Assembly (NCBI GenBank): GCA_963845755.1
Contig: CAWJTV010000034.1
Location: 256,001-320,000, forward strand
Source: an uncultured Planctomycetota bacterium
GTDB taxonomy: Bacteria > Planctomycetota > Planctomycetia > Isosphaerales > Isosphaeraceae
DNA: 64,000 nucleotides
Reading direction: 5' to 3'
Shown: in pieces, positions 43,208 to 53,324 of the stretch
Layout: the number at the start of each line of letters is the position of its first letter
Position numbering within the stretch: position 1 is the first letter of the stretch
Position numbers and translations under genes: made by a program
Notes under the pieces: generated by a model
What the model was told of the DNA's origin: nothing
Seen by the model: only the letters and a program-made list of their open reading frames with translations
Databases searched by the model: none

Positions 43208-44860
43208 ATGTTTCGGTCCACACAGAGTTTCGGCCGTGATTCACAGACAAACCACGCTAGGGCGCGTCGTCCGCGTTCGTTCAACGCGTCGCTCGAGGCC
43301 GTCGAGGATCGCACGCTCATGTCGACCCTGAGCGCGATCTTTTGTGGCCCCGGGCAGGGGAGCGTGGTCTTTGGGATTGGCTCCGGCGGTAGTGTTTACA
43401 TGAACAAAGACGAATCCGGATTCGTCTCCCTGGGCGGCAACGTGACGCAGATCAGCGCCGGCCTCGACGCGGCCGGAAAGCCGGAGGTCTTCGCCATCGG
43501 CGGCGGCAACGTCCCGTACGTCAACGATAACGGGGGTGGCTGGGTCTCCCTGGGCGGCTACGTCACGGCGATCAGCGCGACGGCGGACAACACGGTCTTC
43601 GGCATCGGGGGCGGCAACGCCGTCTTCGTCAACCACGGGTCGGGTTGGACCTCCCTGGGCGGCAACGTTGTCGAGATCAGTGCCGGCCTCGACGGGGCGA
43701 CCGGAAAGCCGGAGGTCTACGCCATCGGCGGCAACAACGCCGCTTTTGTCAACGACAACGGAACAGGGTGGGTCAACCTGGGCGGCTACGTGACCGAGCT
43801 CAGTGCGATGACGGACAGCTCGGTCTACGTGCGGGGTCAGAACGTGGGCAATGTCTATATCAACGCCGACGGGGTGGGCTTCGGCTCCGTGGGCTCCACC
43901 GGCACGCCGAACCCGAATCCGTTGACCAGCGGCAACTGGTCGGGCTACGTGGCCGAAACCAATTTTTCCAATCCTCAACAGAATTCCGTGTCTGCCGTCT
44001 CTGGCTCGTGGATCGTTCCGACGGTGACCGGCCCATCCAAGGGCGCGACTTACAGCTCGACATGGGTGGGAATCGACGGCAATTCCAACAAGACCGTGGA
44101 GCAAGTCGGCACCGAAGAGGATTGGGTTAACGGAAGCCCCGACTATTACGCATGGTGGGAGATGTACTCGAGCGTCGATAAACAGCCCGAGCAGGTCATC
44201 TCAAGCATGAAGGTCGTTCCGGGCGACGTGATCTCGGCCTCGGTCCAGTACATCACCAGCGGAACCCACGCGGGTCAGTTCGAATTGTCGATCTCCGATT
44301 CGAGCCGGGGGAGCGATTCCTTCACCACATATCAGACCTCTTCTCAGACACAGAATCCTCTCGCCACACGGAGCTCCGCCGAGTGGATCGTCGAAGCCAC
44401 CAGCATCAACGGCAATATCGGGACGTTAGCGAATTTCGGAACGACCTACTTCGCCGACGCCACCGCGGTGATCAACGGAGTCTCCGGCCCAATCAACTCT
44501 CCCTCGTGGCAGTCGCAAGCGGTGGACATTATCTCGAATGGGACCTATTCCGATTCGACGTCGGCTCTGATCAATTCGGGAGACAGCTTCGTGGTCACGT
44601 ACAACGGTTCTTCCGAACCCTCGGCGCTGACGGGCCCGAAAGTCGAATCGGGGGAGCGTTCCGGCGCGACCGCTGGAGCCGCCAATACCTCGGCTCAGAA
44701 AGTTATCGACCAGGCTCTCACCGAACTGGTGGCTCTCGAGGAGTCCACTCCCCGACGAGCTGTCGTCTTGCAGGGCAATGGCAGCTACAGAACGGCCTTC
44801 AGCCACACCCGTTTCGACAGGGTAACGGCCACCGCTTCCAACGAGGGTCCGGTCGGCTAG
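43208..44860 (+). CDS. Extracellular G1-family (scytalidoglutamic) peptidase with N-terminal tectonin-like repeats
   Basis: LEAVEDRTLMS N-terminal motif; four WVSLGGYVTAISA-type repeats; SGNWSGY, TWVGIDG, VEQVGT (catalytic Q), YYAWWEMY, SAEWIVE (catalytic E). Confidence 0.88.
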   Translation: MFRSTQSFGRDSQTNHARARRPRSFNASLEAVEDRTLMSTLSAIFCGPGQGSVVFGIGSGGSVYMNKDESGFVSLGGNVTQISAGLDAAGKPEVFAIGGGNVPYVNDNGGGWVSLGGYVTAISATADNTVFGIGGGNAVFVNHGSGWTSLGGNVVEISAGLDGATGKPEVYAIGGNNAAFVNDNGTGWVNLGGYVTELSAMTDSSVYVRGQNVGNVYINADGVGFGSVGSTGTPNPNPLTSGNWSGYVAETNFSNPQQNSVSAVSGSWIVPTVTGPSKGATYSSTWVGIDGNSNKTVEQVGTEEDWVNGSPDYYAWWEMYSSVDKQPEQVISSMKVVPGDVISASVQYITSGTHAGQFELSISDSSRGSDSFTTYQTSSQTQNPLATRSSAEWIVEATSINGNIGTLANFGTTYFADATAVINGVSGPINSPSWQSQAVDIISNGTYSDSTSALINSGDSFVVTYNGSSEPSALTGPKVESGERSGATAGAANTSAQKVIDQALTELVALEESTPRRAVVLQGNGSYRTAFSHTRFDRVTATASNEGPVG

Positions 44861-44863
44861 GCC

Positions 44864-46352
44864 CAATACCGTTGAAATAGGCGCAAGCCACAGCCTCCTG
44901 TTACTTTGGGTTTACTCACGACCCAAGCAACACGGAGGCCATGACTCGCATGCCGCACGGACATTGCACGCTGCCGCCCGATGCGTCGGGCCGGATCTTG
45001 GATCGCTTGGCGGGACTGGAACAGATTATCTCGCCCGAGGCCGTTCGCCAAGTCCTCGCGGCCACCGGTAAAACCAATCAACGACGTTGCACACTGACCC
45101 ACGAGATTGTTTGCTGGGTGGTCCTGGCCATGGGGCTGTTGACCGACTTGCCGATCCGCCAAGTCTTCAAGCATGCACGCCGGCTCCGAGTCGGCGAGGA
45201 GAGTCCCCATCGATCCAGCCTGTGTGTGGCCCGGCAACGCCTGGGCATCGCGCCGGTCCGCCACCTGTTCGAGCACGTCGTTCATCCTCTGGCCCGGCCC
45301 GATACGCCCGGAGCCTTCTACCGCGGGTTCCGCCTGGTCGGCATCGATGGGACCGTCTACGATGTCCCCGACTCGGAGGCCAACGCCGCGGCCTTCGCGC
45401 GCCCTCGGCCGGGCCGCGCGGCGACGGCGCGTTCCCCCAAGTCCGCAAGCTGAGCCTGGTCGAATTGGGGACCCACATCGAACTGGCCTTCGTGGTCCGG
45501 TCGATCGCCCACGGCGAACCGTCGATGGTCGGCGGCTTGCTCCGCCATCTGACTCCGGAGATGCTCCTGTTGGAGGATCGCGGGTTTTTCAGCTATGACC
45601 ACTGGAAAACGGCGATGTTGCGGGGCGTCCAGCTGTTGGCACGCGTGAAAAGCGGCTTGATCCTCAAGTCGATCCAAAACCTGGCGGATGGCTCGTACCT
45701 GGCCAAGATTTATCGGGGTTGCTACGACCGTCAGATCGATCGGGATGGGATCGTCGTCCGGGTGATCCGCTATACACTGGACGACCCGCAACGAGTCGGA
45801 CACGGTGAAACTCATGTGCTGATCACGAATCTCCTTGACGCGGAGCTTTATCCTGCTGAAGAATTGATTATTCTTTATCACGAGAGATGGGAACAGGAGT
45901 TGGTCTATGATGAGCAAAAGACCCATCATGATCCGCGGCGGGCGACCAAGCCGGCACAGATGCGAAGCGAGACCCCGGCGGGGGTGATCCAGGAGATCTA
46001 TGCGCTGTCGCTGGGTCATTTCGTGATCCGAGCCTTGATGGTTGCGGCCGCCGGGACCGTGGGGCTGGACCCGGATCGGCTGTCGTTTCTGGGGTGCTTC
46101 CAGATCCTCAAGTGCCGGTTGCCAGAATGCAACAGCTCGACCCCCGAGGCGTTCGAGGAGTGGTACCAGGGATTGTTGTGGGAGATGCAGGGGGAGCGCA
46201 CCGATGACGAAATGCGGAGGAACCGGATCAATCCGCGAGTGATCAAGCGTAAAATGTCCAAGTGGAAAAAGAAACGATCCAAACATCGACACATTCCGCC
46301 CTTGAAGAAAACCTTTGCAGAGACAGTGGTTATGCTTCCTTAAACGGTATTG
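44864..46352 (+). mobile_element. IS4-family insertion sequence, 1489 bp, no target duplication
   Basis: Imperfect inverted repeats caataccgttgaaataggc / gcttccttaaacggtattg (15/19); flanks differ. Confidence 0.88.
44941..46343 (+). CDS. IS4-family transposase; frameshift near 45400
   Basis: SSLCVARQRLG, LVGIDGT, FPQVR, LLEDRGFFSY, LYHERWEQELVYDEQK (YREK), RINPRVIKRK. Confidence 0.9.
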
Positions 46353-46560
46353 GGGCTACACCCGCGAGGGGGTCGCCTTCGCCGCGGGCGAGTCGTACCC
46401 GCTCTGCGTCGTTACCGAGGGCCGCGGCACGATCCAGGTCAGTTACAGGGGCAAGGCCTACTGGGTCTGCTGCTCCGGCTGCCGCGACCTGTTCAACGAC
46501 GACCCCGAGTCGGTCCTCGCCGAGGCCGCCGCGCGGGAGAAGGCCAAGGCGAAAAAGTAA
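46353..46560 (+). pseudogene. 3' remnant of a YHS/TRASH-like metal-binding domain gene cut by the IS4
   Basis: GYTREGVAFAAGESYPLCVVTEGRGTIQVSYRGKAYWVCCSGCRDLFNDDPE begins at the IS end with no start codon. Confidence 0.75.
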
Positions 46561-47019
46561 CGCTGGGGCTCCGATAGCCGCGGAGACTGTCCGCTTGGCG
46601 ACCAACTGGCCCCTTGATAGCTTGGGCCGCAAACCCGATTACTTTGTACGCGTTCGGCCGAACCACTTGGCCAGTCATGGTGACCTGTCGGGTTTGGACC
46701 ACCATCAGATCGGCTGGCTCGACGCGCGTGGTGGCGCCATCAGATCGACCATCACAAGCAGTCGAGCCGCCCTGTCGTCCAGTTCTCGTCGCGACTCGGC
46801 GTGCGCCCCACGACGTCTTACGTCTGGAGGCAGCGCCAGAGTGCAACGCCGTCTGCCTTTTCGCAGGTCTCTGGTGAGTGTAAGCCGCATCCTTCATCGA
46901 ACCATTCCCCCTTGAGATCTCGGACTGCCAGGGCGCCCGGCCGGGCCTTTCCTGGTATGATCGAGGCGCAACACAACGGTCTTGGCTGCCAGATACTCGA
47001 CGCCAGGAGGGCCAACTCG

Positions 47020-48330
47020 ATGGGAGGAATTCCCGTGCCCCTTGGCTCAAGGTGCGACAAATTGGCACTCCTGGTCGGAGGTGGTCCGGCCCCGGGCATC
47101 AATGGTGTGATCAGCGCCGTCACCATTGAGGCGATCAATGAGGGCATGGAAGTGATCGGGTTCCAGGACGGGTTCAAATACCTGGTCCAGGGCGATGCCG
47201 GGCACTGCCAGGTCCTGACGATCCCCGAAGTCAAGGGGATCCACCTGTACGGCGGCTCGATACTCGGGACCTCCCGGACGAACCCCGCGGCTTCGGAAGC
47301 GCACCTGAGCCATGTGGTTCAGGCCCTGCACCGCCAGGATGTCACCGCGCTTGTGACCATCGGCGGCGATGATACCGCATACTCGGCGAGCCAGGTCCAC
47401 GCCCACGCCGCGGGAGCCATCCGGGTGGCCCACGTGCCCAAGACGATCGACAACGATCTGCCCCTGCCCGGTGCCGCTCCGACATTTGGCTTCGAGACCG
47501 CGCGGCATGTGGGCGTGGGAATCATCCGCAATTTGATGCAAGACGCGGAAACGACCTCGCGTTGGTATCTGGTCATATGCATGGGACGCGCCGCGGGGCA
47601 CCTGGCCCTGGGCATCGGCAAGGCAGCGGGTGCCACGCTGACGATCATTCCCGAGGAGTTCCGCGGCCGGCCGGTCCGGCTGACGGAAGTGTGCGACATC
47701 GTGCTCGGCGCCATCCTCAAGCGCAAGAGCCAGGACTCGCACTTCGGCGTCGCCGTGCTCGCCGAGGGCCTGCTCGAAGCGATCGGCGAAGAAGGGCTGC
47801 TCGCGGAAATGACCGCCGATGAACTCGGCCGGTACGGCAAGATCCAGCGCGATCCGCACGGCCATCTGCGGCTAGGCGAGATCGAGTTCGGCCGCATCGT
47901 CAAGGACACCCTGTCGCAGCGCCTGTCCCAGATGGGAATGGACCTCACGCTGGTCGACAAGGAGCTTGGCTACGAGCTTCGCTGCGCCGACCCGATCCCG
48001 TTCGATGCCGAGTATACGCGAGACCTAGGCTACGGGGCCGTGAAGTTCCTGCGCTCCGAAGCAGCATCCCACGATGGTGCCCTCATCAGCTTCTTTTCTG
48101 GTCGGATGCAGCCACTGCCGTTTGCCCAACTAATCGATCCCCAAACGGGACGAGTGCGGCAGCGCAAGGTGGACATTGACGGCGAGGCGTACGAATGCGC
48201 CCGCCGTTACATGATCCGTCTGGAGCGGGCTGACTTCGACGAACCGCAACACCTGGCGGCTCTCGCCGCCACGGCCGGACTGGATGTAGACCAATTCAGG
48301 GCGCGGTTTTCTCGCCTGGTCGAACTTTAG
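47020..48330 (+). CDS. pfp: 6-phosphofructokinase, probably pyrophosphate-dependent
   Basis: GGGPAPGIN, GGSILGTSR, TIGGDDT (GGDD, PPi-type), PKTIDND, MGR, GYELRC; AGGAGG RBS before ATG 47020. Confidence 0.9.
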   Translation: MGGIPVPLGSRCDKLALLVGGGPAPGINGVISAVTIEAINEGMEVIGFQDGFKYLVQGDAGHCQVLTIPEVKGIHLYGGSILGTSRTNPAASEAHLSHVVQALHRQDVTALVTIGGDDTAYSASQVHAHAAGAIRVAHVPKTIDNDLPLPGAAPTFGFETARHVGVGIIRNLMQDAETTSRWYLVICMGRAAGHLALGIGKAAGATLTIIPEEFRGRPVRLTEVCDIVLGAILKRKSQDSHFGVAVLAEGLLEAIGEEGLLAEMTADELGRYGKIQRDPHGHLRLGEIEFGRIVKDTLSQRLSQMGMDLTLVDKELGYELRCADPIPFDAEYTRDLGYGAVKFLRSEAASHDGALISFFSGRMQPLPFAQLIDPQTGRVRQRKVDIDGEAYECARRYMIRLERADFDEPQHLAALAATAGLDVDQFRARFSRLVEL

Positions 48331-48999
48331 GATTCTGGCTACCACCATCGCGCCCATGCCCTGGCCAACCTGAACCGCCTCCCGGAGGCCATTGCCGATC
48401 TCGATCAAGCCATCCGCCGGCGTCCCGACGATGCCCACCTGCGGGATCTCCGGGGACGGATTCATCGGGGCCTGAACCTGTACGAGCCCGCGATCGCCGA
48501 CCTGGAGGCCGCACTGGCCATGAAGCCGGACCAACACCAGCTCCAGCAAAACCTGGCCGTCTGCGGTAACAACCGTGCCTGGGAGCTGGTCAACGGTCCC
48601 GAGCCCCGGCACGACCTTGAACGGGCGCTGACGCTCGCCCAGCGGGCCGTGGAATTGGCTCCCGACGAAGACACCTTCCTCAACACGATGGGCACCGCCC
48701 AGTTCCGCGTCGGCCTGCATGGGGAGGCGATCGACACCCTGGAGAGAAGCCTCGCGGCCAGCAGCGGCCAGTCCGACGCCTTCGACCTGTTCTTCCTGGC
48801 CATGGCCCGGCACAAGCTCGGCCAGGACGCGCAGGCGCATGCCGACCTCGACCGCGCCCTCGGATGGCGGCGCGAGCACCCAAACCCGAGGCAGCCCCAA
48901 TGGTCCGCGGAGTTGGACGCGTTCCAGGCCGAGGCCGACGCGGCCCTCGCCGGGCCCGGCGTCAACTGGCCGCACGACGTCTTCGCTGCGCCGCCGTAG
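48331..48999 (+). pseudogene. TPR fragment homologous to the C-terminus of the kinase at 35567-36226
   Basis: YHHRAHALANLNRLPEAIADLDQAIRRRPDD...NNRAWELVNGPE...TLERSLAASSGQSDAFDLFFLAMA...DVFA; no start codon before the first TPRs. Confidence 0.7.
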
Positions 49000-49326
49000 G
49001 ACAAAGACCGCAGACGTGATCGTGCTGCAATTCAGCAGTTTGTCCGCCTCGCGCTGCCCAACAGGCCCGTCAGCCGCCCACGACGGTCGTCGAAATTATC
49101 GTCAAGTCCATCAACCTGATCAAAATCGTCACAGTCGGTCTGCCCCTTCGCAGGAATTACCTCAAATTGAGTTGCCAAATCCGAAAAAGTGTCCAGTAAT
49201 AAAAGATGTCGGGATTCTCCAATGGTGTTCGGGGTGCGCGAAGTGGACATCGAGGGTGGGGCATGGGGCATCGAGGGTTGTGGAGTGTCGGGCGTCGGTC
49301 CAGCCGAGACGGACAACGCGATTCCG

Positions 49327-49425
49327 ACAAAACGAACCGAACCGCCGCGTCCGAAGGACCGGAAAACGATGAAACGAAGCCATCGCCGCAGTCTTAGGAG
49401 AGGATTTCGAGAAAAACGAAGCCAA
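49327..49425 (+). repeat. Three AAACGAA(C/G)C motifs at an exact 42-bp period
   Basis: aaacgaa cores at 49330, 49372 and 49414 with unrelated sequence between them. Confidence 0.55.
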
Positions 49426-49997
49426 AATCATGTGATCTAGCGAAGGTTTAACGATTGTATTGAATTGGCCGAGAGACTCAGACCCCATGACCGAGCATCA
49501 ACACAAGCTGGCCATGATGCGTGACTGGATGAGCTCTTCATCACGGCTATCCCTCACACATAACGATGGTTGCATGGTCGCTTGTTATATCGTTCGGCAG
49601 GGGACAAGGTCTGTCTCCCGCTCCCTGAGCCGGCGTGCCGGAGACGACTGGCCTCATTCCAGGAGCGAACCGGAAGGGAACGGAACCGGGCAGGTTGTTG
49701 GCGCGGAGACGTTTGGGTCTTACGATGACAGTTGTCTCCGAGGGATGGACAGGGACCGGTCGGTTCGCCCCTGCGCTCGCGGGCTCGTGATGGCCCCAAT
49801 TGGTGGTTGTCTGAGCGCCAGTGCGCTGGAGGGCTGAAGACCGGACTCGATCGGCCGGTTCCGTGCGATCGGCCGGAGGAGAAAGGATTCGATCGCGTGA
49901 CGTTCTCCCGTCGGATTGATCCCGTTATCCTGCGATCAGGATGAGGACCGCACCCGTGCGACGCTCTTTGATTGGTTCGACCGGTCCCCGTGGGGAT

Positions 49998-52460
49998 ATG
50001 CGCCCTTCGAGGAGTTCGGCCCGCCGGGTCGGCGGCCGATGGCTGACCTGCCTCGTCGTGCTCGCGGGGTTGGCGGCCCCGACGGCTCTCTCGGCCCAGA
50101 CCGCCAAGGCCGAGGCCGGCGGCGGGGAGGCGACCGCGACCCAGGGAAGCGCGACGTCCGCCATGCCCCTGGCTCACTACATCCCCAAGGATCACCTGTT
50201 GTTCTATCTGGAATTTGCCGGGCTGGACGCCCATGCCGCCTCCTGGAACAAGACGGCCGCCTACCGCTTGCTGACCGAGACCCCACTCGGCGTGATGCTC
50301 GAGGAAGTCACCACTCAACTCCTGGACAAAGGGTTTGGCTCGGCATCCGAATCCCGATTCACCGGCGCCGACGTCGTCAACCTGGTGAAATACGTCGCCC
50401 GGCATGGATTCGTCGTGGCGATCAATACCAAGCCCACTGAGGACACCGACTCCATCGATTCCGTGAACATGACGTTGGTCGTGAAGGGTGGTAGTGCGAA
50501 GGAGATCCGCCCGATTTCAAGCCGCATCCTGGGAATGATGATGGGAGGGAAACCGCGGATCGATCGGAAGGAGGGCCGCCAACTGGTCGTCGTGCCGCAC
50601 CAGGAGACTGCGGGAGCAGATAAGTCCAAGGCGTCGGATTGGACATGGTGGGACGAGAACGGCGACCTGGTGATCGCGACACCCCATCGGACGGCCCCCG
50701 ACGCCATCATCGCCGCCCTCGACGGCAAGACCCCCAGCGCCACGGACCACCCGATCGTTCAGGAGCTCTCCAAGGTTGACGGCGGATTCGACCCGGTCAG
50801 CCGCGTCTTCCTGGATGTGGCCGAGACCCCCCAACTCAAGATGAAGAACTCGACGACGGAATTCTTCGACAAGGTCCGCGACGCGGGCATCCAACGGTTC
50901 GACTACCGCTGGGGATTCGATGACGATGCGATCATGTCGGTCTCTCGGCTTGTCGCGCCGAAGCCGCGCAAGCCCATCCTGGCGATCTTCGACCAGCCGG
51001 GATTCAACGGCAAGTCGCTGATCCCGCTACCGGAGGGGGTCGGTGCGTTCATGGAGTTGTCGATCAGCCCCAATCAATTGCTCGATACGATCTCCGAGCT
51101 GGGACCGCCGGGCGTGGTCAAGGGCAAGATCGATGAGTTTGCGCAGACGGTCGAGAAGACCGGGAGCATCGATCTCCGGAAGGACCTGCTATCGCATCTC
51201 GGCCCTCGAATGACGCTCTACATCGCGCCCGGGCGTTCCGCGGCCGCCGGCAATGAATCGTTCGAGACGAGCTGGCTCCAGGAGTTCAATCCCCAGAAAG
51301 CCCTTGCGAGCTTGCCGACCATCCCCAAGATCACGCTGGTTGCCGAGGTCGACGATCCGGTCAAGTTCGGCAAGGCGCTGGACGGCGCCATCATCGCGAT
51401 CAACCACGTGCTCAAGGACGAGGCGCAGCAGAAGGAGGACGAGGCCCAGAAGGAGGAGGCGGGACAGGACGCCGGCGCGGGTGCGAATGCCGGGCGTGCT
51501 CCCGGCACGCGGAAGGGTGCGACGAGCAAGAAGGGATCGCGGCGCCGCTCGGAAGACTCCACGTCCGCCCCGAGATTCGAGCCGCTTCCTGGCGAGGTCA
51601 GGGCGTATATCCTCCAGACTCCCCGTGACTCGGTCCTGCGGTTCGGCCCGTCAAGCTTCCGCCCCGTGATCCGACTGGAAGGCAAGTACCTCGCGATCTC
51701 GGTCGCGGCGGAGCCCGCGGAGATGGCACTCAAGGCCGTCAAGAAAAAGGACTGGAAGCCATCGGAGGATGTCCAGCGCGCCGGCGAGCACTTGCCGGCA
51801 AAGATGGTGCTCCTGGCCGTGGGTGATCCCCGCGAGGTGTTGCCCCAGCTCCTCTCGACTTTGCCCGGTACGCTCCAGACGATCATCAACTCGGTGATCG
51901 CCCAGACGCGCGCCCAGGCGGGCAACAACCCGGCGGGCGGCGGAATGAACCAGCCCGGCGGTCGCCCTGGGATGACCGCGGGGGGTCCCGGCAGTCGCCC
52001 TGGGGGCGCCGGGGGTCGGTTTGGAGGACGTGGGCCCGGCGGGGCCGGTGCTCCCGGTGCCCCGGCACAGGGGGGCAATAATAACGCCGGCTCGCCGACC
52101 GAGGGCATGATCACGCTGAAAGTCGACTCGGACAAACTCCCCAATGCCGAGGCCATACGGTCGCGCCTGTTCCTGACGACGGTCGCGATTTCGGTCACGG
52201 ACCAGGACATCCGGGTCACCAGCCGACAGGCGTTCTTCTCCCCGATTAACATGGGCATCGGCGTCGGTCTCATGTTGCCGGCGATCCAGGCGTCTCGCGC
52301 GGCGGCCCGACGAGCTCAGGAAGCCGCCGCGGGCGAGGCTCCCGCCGCTGGTCAGGGACCCGCCGGTGCCGGCGGTCCTCCCCGTGCCGGCGGTCCTCCG
52401 GGTGGCCGGCCGGGGGGTGCGCCCGGGAAGGGTGGACGCCGGGGGCGACCCGGTGGCTGA
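49998..52460 (+). CDS. Large exported hypothetical protein (DUF3352-like) with Gly/Pro-rich linkers; start uncertain
   Basis: Signal-like WLTCLVVLAGLAAPTALSA; PLAHYIPKDHLLFYLEFAGLD; C-terminal GIGVGLMLPAIQASRAAARR. Confidence 0.75.
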   Translation: MRPSRSSARRVGGRWLTCLVVLAGLAAPTALSAQTAKAEAGGGEATATQGSATSAMPLAHYIPKDHLLFYLEFAGLDAHAASWNKTAAYRLLTETPLGVMLEEVTTQLLDKGFGSASESRFTGADVVNLVKYVARHGFVVAINTKPTEDTDSIDSVNMTLVVKGGSAKEIRPISSRILGMMMGGKPRIDRKEGRQLVVVPHQETAGADKSKASDWTWWDENGDLVIATPHRTAPDAIIAALDGKTPSATDHPIVQELSKVDGGFDPVSRVFLDVAETPQLKMKNSTTEFFDKVRDAGIQRFDYRWGFDDDAIMSVSRLVAPKPRKPILAIFDQPGFNGKSLIPLPEGVGAFMELSISPNQLLDTISELGPPGVVKGKIDEFAQTVEKTGSIDLRKDLLSHLGPRMTLYIAPGRSAAAGNESFETSWLQEFNPQKALASLPTIPKITLVAEVDDPVKFGKALDGAIIAINHVLKDEAQQKEDEAQKEEAGQDAGAGANAGRAPGTRKGATSKKGSRRRSEDSTSAPRFEPLPGEVRAYILQTPRDSVLRFGPSSFRPVIRLEGKYLAISVAAEPAEMALKAVKKKDWKPSEDVQRAGEHLPAKMVLLAVGDPREVLPQLLSTLPGTLQTIINSVIAQTRAQAGNNPAGGGMNQPGGRPGMTAGGPGSRPGGAGGRFGGRGPGGAGAPGAPAQGGNNNAGSPTEGMITLKVDSDKLPNAEAIRSRLFLTTVAISVTDQDIRVTSRQAFFSPINMGIGVGLMLPAIQASRAAARRAQEAAAGEAPAAGQGPAGAGGPPRAGGPPGGRPGGAPGKGGRRGRPGG

Positions 52461-52784
52461 TCCTGTGATGGCCCCGTCTTCCCGTTCAACGCGCTGAGAT
52501 CGGCTGCACCATGTCGTTTCAAAGCCTCGCGCAGCCTTCCCTGATCGTCCGAGGAGTGTGCTCCCGGCGCCGTCGCGCCATCCGGCCGTCCGTTGCGACA
52601 GCCGGATGGACTGCCAATCGCCCGACGGAGCCTGGGCCAGGCTGCGTATACCCGTCCGGAACGCTCGAGGTCCTGATGGTCTGGTTGGTCCTGCCGGCGC
52701 CGACGGAGGACGTCCCGCAACCCCGACCGGGGGCGGGCCCACTGTTCGGTCGGGCCGGCGTCCCTTCTCAGTGGAGGTCTTAAG

Positions 52785-53237
52785 ATGGAATTCGTGCCTG
52801 AAGTGACCGCCTTTCTGGAAAACAAGCCGGGGCGTCTCGCTAAGATCTGTTCGGCGCTGGCCCAGGAGAAGGTGGACATCCGGGCGCTCTCGGTCATGGC
52901 GACTGAGGGCCCGAGCGTCTTGAGGTTCGTCACCACCGACGTGGAGGCAACCAAAGTCGTTCTGACCTCGCTCGGAACGGAGTTTCGCATCGATGAGGTG
53001 CTGGCCGTCCCGATGGAGAATCGCACCGGGTCGCTGGCCAAGGTCCTGGAGCGGCTTGCGGAAGAGCACATCAATGTGGAGTACGCCTATGCCTCGACGA
53101 CGACGGCGCCGGGCAAAGCGATGGGGATCTTTCATACGTCCAACCCCAAACGTGCGGCCCAGATCTTGAACGAGTTGACCGGCGCCGCCAACGCCTCGGG
53201 TCGCTCGGCGGGGAGGCGACCGCTACACTCTCGTTGA
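52785..53237 (+). CDS. Tandem ACT-domain protein
   Basis: FLENKPGRLAKIC...VDIRALSV and MENRTGSLAKVLERLAEEHINVEYAY; GGAGG RBS. Confidence 0.88.
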   Translation: MEFVPEVTAFLENKPGRLAKICSALAQEKVDIRALSVMATEGPSVLRFVTTDVEATKVVLTSLGTEFRIDEVLAVPMENRTGSLAKVLERLAEEHINVEYAYASTTTAPGKAMGIFHTSNPKRAAQILNELTGAANASGRSAGRRPLHSR

Positions 53238-53324
53238 ATCGGTGTAACCGCAGGGTCAGGTCGAATCGGATTGAGTCCGGGAACGTGGCGCGACGATGGT
53301 CCGACTGGGGAGAAACCGGGAACC

